The position numbers and the translations under genes are program-made. The notes below the pieces were generated by a model, which made no database searches, was not told the DNA's origin, and saw nothing but the letters and a program-made list of their open reading frames with translations. Below are positions 58,901 to 64,000 of a stretch of 64,000 nt of DNA, piece after piece. Position 1 is the stretch's first letter, and every line of letters begins with the position of its first letter. The stretch is taken from positions 52,516,001-52,580,000 of the forward strand of contig CM097885.1 of NCBI GenBank assembly GCA_044892525.1, written 5' to 3'. This DNA comes from Schmidtea polychroa. Taxonomy: Eukaryota.

Positions 58901-60245
58901 CTCACAAGATAAACCTCCAACAATGAAACTTCTTTGTGATCAAACAGATCGAAGGTTTTATCTTTGTCACTATAGACTCCTCCAATTTTATCTTTCACGA
59001 GGAATGATATTAAAAAAAGTTCATAGTGTCATAAGATTTAAACAAGCTCCATTCATGAAAGCTTTTATCGAGGAGAACATTAGGTGCCGAAACATTGCAA
59101 AAAGAGAAGGTAATCTTTTTAAAGATAATAATTATAAAATTTTAAACAATTCAGTCTTTGGGAAAACAATGGAGAATGTTGATAAATATACTCATATTGA
59201 ACTCCTAACAAATACTACCAAAGATATTAAGCGTTATAATCGCATGCTAGGAAAGCCTACATTTAAAAACGCACAAGTATTTTCTGAAAATCTTACTGCA
59301 GTAGAATTAAAAAATTATGAGAAAACATATAACAAACCAATATTTATAGGGTTTACAATTTTAGAACTTTCAAAATTACAAATGTATGAAACATATTATA
59401 ACATCTTACAACCTATATACGGAGCAAATATATCAATGCATGCAATGGATACAGATTCAATGTTTTTAACAATAAGAACTCATGATTTACAAAAAGATAT
59501 GAAAGAAAATCCTATACTTTCAAATTTAATAAATTCATCTGGAGAACTATTTTCGTTTAAAGATGAAAAACCTTTTACTCCTATAGAAAATGGAATATTT
59601 ATTCGTGCTAAACAATATTCATACGAAACATTTAGAAACCCTGAATTTATAACTAGATCATTTATATTTAAAACTCCAGAAACAGAAGAAACCATTACAC
59701 ATAGATATCCTATATTTCCTAAAGGACCAGAAGGACAAGAAGAAAAACCTGTAAAGGATAACAGATGTAAAGGAATACAGAGAGTGGTTGCAAAGAATCT
59801 TTCTCATCAAGATTATATAGATACATTGAATCCAAATCATAAAGATAAAATTGATGAAATACATCAACTTAAAAGTGAAAACCATGATATTCACTTGATA
59901 GAATCTCAAAAAGTATCATTATCAAATTATGATGATAAGAGATTCATACTAAGTGATTTAAAGACAACTCTACCTATTGGAAATAATTTAATCCCTATAA
60001 TAAAAAATCTAGAAAAGTTGAATAAGTTATATGATACAAAGATTACTGATCTTGATATTTATAATGTTGAAATTATTTATCCCGAGAGAGAAATCGAGAA
60101 ACCTTTATATTCTCAAGTTTTTAATCCTATATGTTTAGAACTTAAATATTTTAATACTGATCCTGAATATATAAAAGGTCTAAGTGATAAAGAATTTAAA
60201 GATCATAAATTAATGATTCATAGGTTGGCTTTCAACCATAACTGA
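55911..60245 (+). CDS. Protein-primed family B DNA polymerase (copy 2)
   Basis: As 16700-20995, with a 13-aa N-terminal extension from a 1-nt homopolymer difference and ATDTDS changed to AMDTDS. Confidence 0.97.
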   Translation: MKTGYPIKNFFLKMNCNICNKVFKNKTGLISHLKSKAHLLKENNLNDTNSKLCLKCKGRFLHSGYNKHFENCIGKNREIFTCPHCNFSTKLNFYYLEHIKECKNKKQNSDDEECHSEGEPDHVEREKYNWDNFNHIDEFQLKIKGPATPGEYINKNKKNIKNSFTEALKNYKPTRYNVIKYKIIIKAKYWRGAEEKTTPLDVEIGIPFKYLFSIKGFDKTIKEIIKAAEAKQEEVENELGDSNLVFNSFQTLVIDYWRGLPPNPKSYIPTPFKSKNVINVQNNDNKCFIWSILAHLHPQATNPQRVSKYKQYENELIFPKGFKHPMKLEDIPEFEKLNNLKLNIYEHVIGKEIIPIYISDSGTKDNGAQDNEIYLLILEQENNQHYVLIKNFQAFTSPENPTSGGGTCKRCLHYSTTKNSMIKHTRFCEKDDPALIKMPNNSKMYFKNFSNLLQTVRLLYGDFESINHKQDLVYQYLKIIEKNKLMDLWNSSGEKMKPERMKAFLRKRNKPNSVKKTKQLPSAYKLLFKSNYPELIESREYSILGGTPEEVLNHFTKNINDLEHEIFKILKTKYPQNISNQQQQEYENTSNCWMCKQNILPDEKVIDHDHLKKENNYRGAAHKNCNLNCHTPKFIPVIFHNLFGYDIHLFIKHLAANAKNSFKVIGLTKEKYKSIEYGKLKFIDSLNFLQMSLDAVAKTMKPENFKITREFLEKNNIPLEEYPTCLAKGIYPYDYVDSFERYNETSLPSQEDFYSQLQKNHITNQEYSRANKMWELFKCKTLGEYTSMYLSLDVYILADCFEEFTNSFVLKPYNYITAPSLAWDTMLYTIWTSNIEDADKIIDLLTNLDMFNQIKTNIRGGVSSVMGNREIKARNAITTSRRLSKHPDDPYMKINNEELKELLETMKNPIFILYIDATALYSGIMTQFLPMGDFTEIENPTDDLMKEILSTSKDSPIGYFIECDLDYPDDIKSGTRYFPLAPIRRKIDINELSEWQISQDKPPTMKLLCDQTDRRFYLCHYRLLQFYLSRGMILKKVHSVIRFKQAPFMKAFIEENIRCRNIAKREGNLFKDNNYKILNNSVFGKTMENVDKYTHIELLTNTTKDIKRYNRMLGKPTFKNAQVFSENLTAVELKNYEKTYNKPIFIGFTILELSKLQMYETYYNILQPIYGANISMHAMDTDSMFLTIRTHDLQKDMKENPILSNLINSSGELFSFKDEKPFTPIENGIFIRAKQYSYETFRNPEFITRSFIFKTPETEETITHRYPIFPKGPEGQEEKPVKDNRCKGIQRVVAKNLSHQDYIDTLNPNHKDKIDEIHQLKSENHDIHLIESQKVSLSNYDDKRFILSDLKTTLPIGNNLIPIIKNLEKLNKLYDTKITDLDIYNVEIIYPEREIEKPLYSQVFNPICLELKYFNTDPEYIKGLSDKEFKDHKLMIHRLAFNHN

Positions 60246-60339
60246 AACCAACGATATTTAATTTTTTAATAATAAAATGTCGACAATTAATTTAAGCAAC
60301 TATAGCAACCTGATCTACTTTTTTAAAAATACACCCATT

Positions 60340-60936
60340 TTATAAGTAAGAATTCTTTAACCATTTTTCTCGAGATGTTTTTTTATTACTTATAACATTA
60401 GCCACCATGCCCTCCCTTTTTAATCTTATAACCTCATTCTTTATATCTTGTATTATTTGATTTGATTTCATTATTTCTTCGTCTGTCAGGATTCCATCTT
60501 CCAAAGCTTTTAATTGAAATAAAAATAATTTAGAGATTCCTAATTCTATTGATAAACAAACTTCTCTATATAAACTTTTCTTTTTAGAAGTATAAGATAA
60601 TGAAACTATTTCAGTTAAGAAACCATCAGCCACAGAAATACTTCCAAGTATTACAGGTGCAAGAGTAACAACTGGTAAAGTTATGGGTAAAATAACTGTT
60701 AATATTGCAGATGCAAATCCTAAAGAATAACCTATAACTTTTAAAACTGTATTCCCTTTATTCCATCTATTTTTAATTTTTTTATAATGCTTTAATAAAT
60801 CTTATAAATGTAAGGTTTCTGATTTAAATTCTTTTACTCTCATAATTTCAAGTTCTGTGGGAGCCGAGGCCTTGGAAGAATAATATCCTGATGATCTCAA
60901 TTCTGGGTAAATTTTTTCTTCTCTTACTTCTTCCAT
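60340..60936 (-). pseudogene. Membrane protein with nonsense codon (copy 2)
   Basis: As 21090-21686. Confidence 0.7.
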
Positions 60937-60944
60937 TTTAATAA

Positions 60945-61955
60945 TTAAAAAAATAAGACTTTATTCTTCTGAGCACCATCTGGCACCAATACTCGGATAT
61001 CAAAAGAAACTCTTGTTGAGAGGATATCTTTATACAATTCTCTCAATGCTTTACGAACTTCATCAACATCAACCTTTTTTTCATAAAATATTAAATCTAT
61101 ATATTGTACAAGTGAACTAGAAAAATGAATATTCTTACTTTTAACTTTATGTAGTCCATGTGAATGAGTATTAACATACCAATCTCCGTGTGGTAAATCA
61201 TAACTAGTCATTATAACATCACCCTTTTCAAGCTTACTATTATAATCACATTTCACAAACCATTTCATTCTTTCATTATCATCATCAAACAAAAAGAAAT
61301 AAGGATCAATAATTTTTACAACCATAAAAACACCCCATTCTTTACTGTTTGTTGTTATTAAACTTGGTTCTATAAAATGTTTATATGTATGGGGTAATAA
61401 TGTTTTATTCTGTTCTAATTCAGCAGCTCTTTTTCTAATACTATGTGTGGTGTTAATGTGTGTTCCATGAGACTCTAAATTTGAAATTCTTTTATTAAAT
61501 GATGTAATCATCTCATTTATTATTTTATATATTGTATTAAATTTAGTATTCATAATTTGTTTATCTTTAGAATTTAATATAGCAGTATTTAACTTTACAA
61601 CTTGTTCAGTTAACAGACTTTGTAACTTGTCAAATTTATCATTAAATCGTTGTTCGATATTATTAAGCTTTGATTCCATTGAATCAATTTTTGTTGTTAA
61701 TGAACTTTCAATTCTTGTTGTTGTTAAATCAGTATATTTTTTAACACCATCTACATATTTCTTATTAACTGCATCAGCTTCATCAGTTGGAAAAGATAAT
61801 TCTTTTATCTTGTGTCCATTTAAAATTAAATCACCCTTCATTGAATCACCTCTTTCATTAATATATTTATTTTCTGTTAAAGTTAATATTTCTTCTGTAT
61901 TAAACCCTGTTTTTATTGTTCCACCACCTCTATTACATGGAATATAAGAACTCGT
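60945..61955 (-). CDS. Fiber/spike-like protein (copy 2)
   Basis: As 21695-22705. Confidence 0.6.
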   Translation of the reverse strand, partial: TSSYIPCNRGGGTIKTGFNTEEILTLTENKYINERGDSMKGDLILNGHKIKELSFPTDEADAVNKKYVDGVKKYTDLTTTRIESSLTTKIDSMESKLNNIEQRFNDKFDKLQSLLTEQVVKLNTAILNSKDKQIMNTKFNTIYKIINEMITSFNKRISNLESHGTHINTTHSIRKRAAELEQNKTLLPHTYKHFIEPSLITTNSKEWGVFMVVKIIDPYFFLFDDDNERMKWFVKCDYNSKLEKGDVIMTSYDLPHGDWYVNTHSHGLHKVKSKNIHFSSSLVQYIDLIFYEKKVDVDEVRKALRELYKDILSTRVSFDIRVLVPDGAQKNKVLFF

Positions 61956-61979
61956 TTATTAATAATTTAAAATGAATCT

Positions 61980-62705
61980 TCAAACTTGTTTCAAATGTAA
62001 ATACATTGAAATCTCTTCTCCATTAAAATCAATCAATTCTCCTTCTTGATTAAGAATTTTAAAATTAATATCCATTATATATTTTCTACATAAAGGTAAA
62101 TAATTTGGAGGATTCATTCTTTCAACTATTTTATATCCCATAGGAACTGTGTTTGAGGGAAAGGAATATAAAACATTTGTTTGTTTACCATTATTATAAG
62201 AACCTGTTATACAATCGCAATGAATATTTATTGTGTTTGTATTTATTATTTTTATAATATGTTCTGATGTTATTATTTTATCTTCTTTTATTGTTATATC
62301 CATAGGTTTAAATCCTAAAACTGTGTGAAAGAAACAATTATCTAAAAAACTAATTTTTATATTCTTCAAAGTCATTACACATTTTGAAGTTGGTATATCC
62401 ATTTTAATTTTAATACCTTCATTTGTTTTTTTAGAAAGTATATCATTTAAATCTTTTATCTCATATGCCCCAGGTTCTATTGTTATAATTTCTGGTTTAT
62501 GCCCATCACGAGTTTGAATAGTAAATTTATTATTATCTTTAGTTATATTAAAAATAGTATTATAAGCACAAAACCATAATAGCCCCAATTCATAATTTAA
62601 ATTTTGATCTAATTTAATTGAATCTTGAAAGTTTATAGTAAACTCTGATTCTTTTGAATTTATAGATAAAGTTCTTGAATATTTATCTGACATTATGTTT
62701 ACCAT
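61980..62705 (-). CDS. Minor capsid protein (copy 2)
   Basis: As 22730-23455. Confidence 0.85.
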   Translation of the reverse strand: MVNIMSDKYSRTLSINSKESEFTINFQDSIKLDQNLNYELGLLWFCAYNTIFNITKDNNKFTIQTRDGHKPEIITIEPGAYEIKDLNDILSKKTNEGIKIKMDIPTSKCVMTLKNIKISFLDNCFFHTVLGFKPMDITIKEDKIITSEHIIKIINTNTINIHCDCITGSYNNGKQTNVLYSFPSNTVPMGYKIVERMNPPNYLPLCRKYIMDINFKILNQEGELIDFNGEEISMYLHLKQV

Positions 62706-62791
62706 TTTTTTAAATTATCTTCCGGAGGGTTGTGAAGCTCCATTTCTTTAGTAGTAAATTCATATAGTAAAAATCCTTATAGTAAAAATCC

Positions 62792-63256
62792 TTATAGTAG
62801 AGATTCTAGATCATTATAAATTTCTTGAATTATAGATTCAAAATCCTGCGTATGCCCCTTTCCCTCTCCCTTATTCAATCTATACAAAACATATAAACTT
62901 AATATACCACATATTTTAGTATTCAAAGGTTGAACTTGTAAAGAGTTAAAAGTATAACCATTTGGGGAATCAATCGGAGAACCCCTCAAGAGATAATCTT
63001 CAACTTCTTTAGTAGGTTTAATCCCAAAAGAATCAAAGTAGATAGATTTCTTATATATACAAACCCAATGAGATCCTTTTTCATTTGAATTTTGATAATT
63101 GATTATTATATTCAGGGGACTCTCCAGACTTGATAATTCATCATTCATTAATATTTTAATTTTTAAATTTAAATAATTTGCATAATCTTTTAAATCAAAA
63201 TTTGTTTTTGCATTTATTCCAAATGTTTTTAAAAAATCTAATATTGAAGGAGTCAT
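62792..63256 (-). CDS. Adenain-like protease (copy 2)
   Basis: As 23542-24006. Confidence 0.9.
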   Translation of the reverse strand: MTPSILDFLKTFGINAKTNFDLKDYANYLNLKIKILMNDELSSLESPLNIIINYQNSNEKGSHWVCIYKKSIYFDSFGIKPTKEVEDYLLRGSPIDSPNGYTFNSLQVQPLNTKICGILSLYVLYRLNKGEGKGHTQDFESIIQEIYNDLESLL

Positions 63257-63278
63257 TTTGTATTTTAAAACTTCGTAT

Positions 63279-64000
63279 TTATAACTTCGTATACTTATTA
63301 AATTTATCTTTTGAAATTATTCCTTGTTTTAACAAATCTTTAGAAATCTTTAAAATATCAGAATCTAAATTATTATGTCCTGCTTTCCTTGCAGCTAATA
63401 GTTTTCTTAATTCAATAAAAAGATTGATGGGATTTGGTTTACCACCTTCACTAATTAATCCCTCTCCCTCTGTAACAACATAACCCTTTTCATTTTTATT
63501 TAAATAATTCTTTAAATCTTGAATATATTTTGCTTTAGAACTAGCTCTTATTAATCTTATTAAATTTAAATATTTTTTAATTTCTTCAACATCATCTGAA
63601 GAATATCCACAAAGTAATCTATAAAAATCATCTGTAAATTCAAAGTCTAAATATTCTTTATTATAAACATTTTGTGAATGAATACGTGATTTATTTTCTG
63701 AATTTGAATATAAAGTAAAGTTTTGTTTATTAATTGTTATTATTTGATATCCTTCAGTATTAGTATTAAATGTGGGTCTAATTGAAGGAGGTAAATCATC
63801 TCTAATTTTAGGATCAACTTTAAGAGGTTTTGTTTTTAAAAACATTTTTTCTTCTTCCACATTAGAAATTCTTCTGCGTTTTCTTTGATTTCTTTCAGGA
63901 TGGTTTTCACTGGATTCTTTTTCTTTATCCTGCCACTCTAGTTCTTTTATTTTTTGTTTTTTATCTTCTAACTCTTTAAATTTTGCTTGCTCATTGAAAT
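63279..64000 (-). CDS. Polinton hypothetical protein (copy 2, 5' end outside the window)
   Basis: As 24029-24910. Confidence 0.65.
   Translation of the reverse strand, partial: FNEQAKFKELEDKKQKIKELEWQDKEKESSENHPERNQRKRRRISNVEEEKMFLKTKPLKVDPKIRDDLPPSIRPTFNTNTEGYQIITINKQNFTLYSNSENKSRIHSQNVYNKEYLDFEFTDDFYRLLCGYSSDDVEEIKKYLNLIRLIRASSKAKYIQDLKNYLNKNEKGYVVTEGEGLISEGGKPNPINLFIELRKLLAARKAGHNNLDSDILKISKDLLKQGIISKDKFNKYTKL

Larger units (their letters stand above)
39217..64000 (+). repeat. Second copy of a ~39.2 kb tandem segmental duplication (matches 1-~24750)
   Basis: Colinear identity at an offset of 39156-39261; differences limited to repeat lengths and scattered SNPs. Confidence 0.97.
54930..64000. 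mobile_element. Polinton element B, copy 2 (runs off the window; left TIR 54930-55834)
   Basis: Same AATTTG|AGTAGT junction and gene order as 15669 onward. Confidence 0.95.

Overview
AT-rich eukaryotic DNA with many (AAT)n microsatellites and 37-56 nt GT-AG introns. This looks invertebrate and possibly flatworm, but the host is an inference. The window is a near-identical tandem duplication with a ~39.2 kb period (1-~24750 recurs at 39217-64000). Each unit carries two distinct Polinton/Maverick (adintovirus-like) elements. Element B (15669-30314) is complete, with AGTAGT...ACTACT ends, ~0.9 kb TIRs and an AATTTG target-site duplication. It encodes pPolB, major and minor capsid proteins, an adenain-type protease, a PLA2-integrase fusion and a damaged packaging ATPase, and carries three ~72-73 nt tRNA-like Pol III units. 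Element A (right end 11115/50376, candidate left end 33794) is intron-rich. Besides the core Polinton genes it encodes a TATA-binding-protein homolog and a spliced Bcl-2 homolog. Its polymerase gene is cut off by a parvovirus-like module: a 153-nt T-shaped hairpin plus an NS1/Rep-like SF3 helicase fragment inside nested inverted repeats. The flanks hold a Gypsy 3' remnant, a non-autonomous Helitron, RING-finger genes and decayed ORFs. All calls come from motif recognition and manual splicing; no database searches were run.
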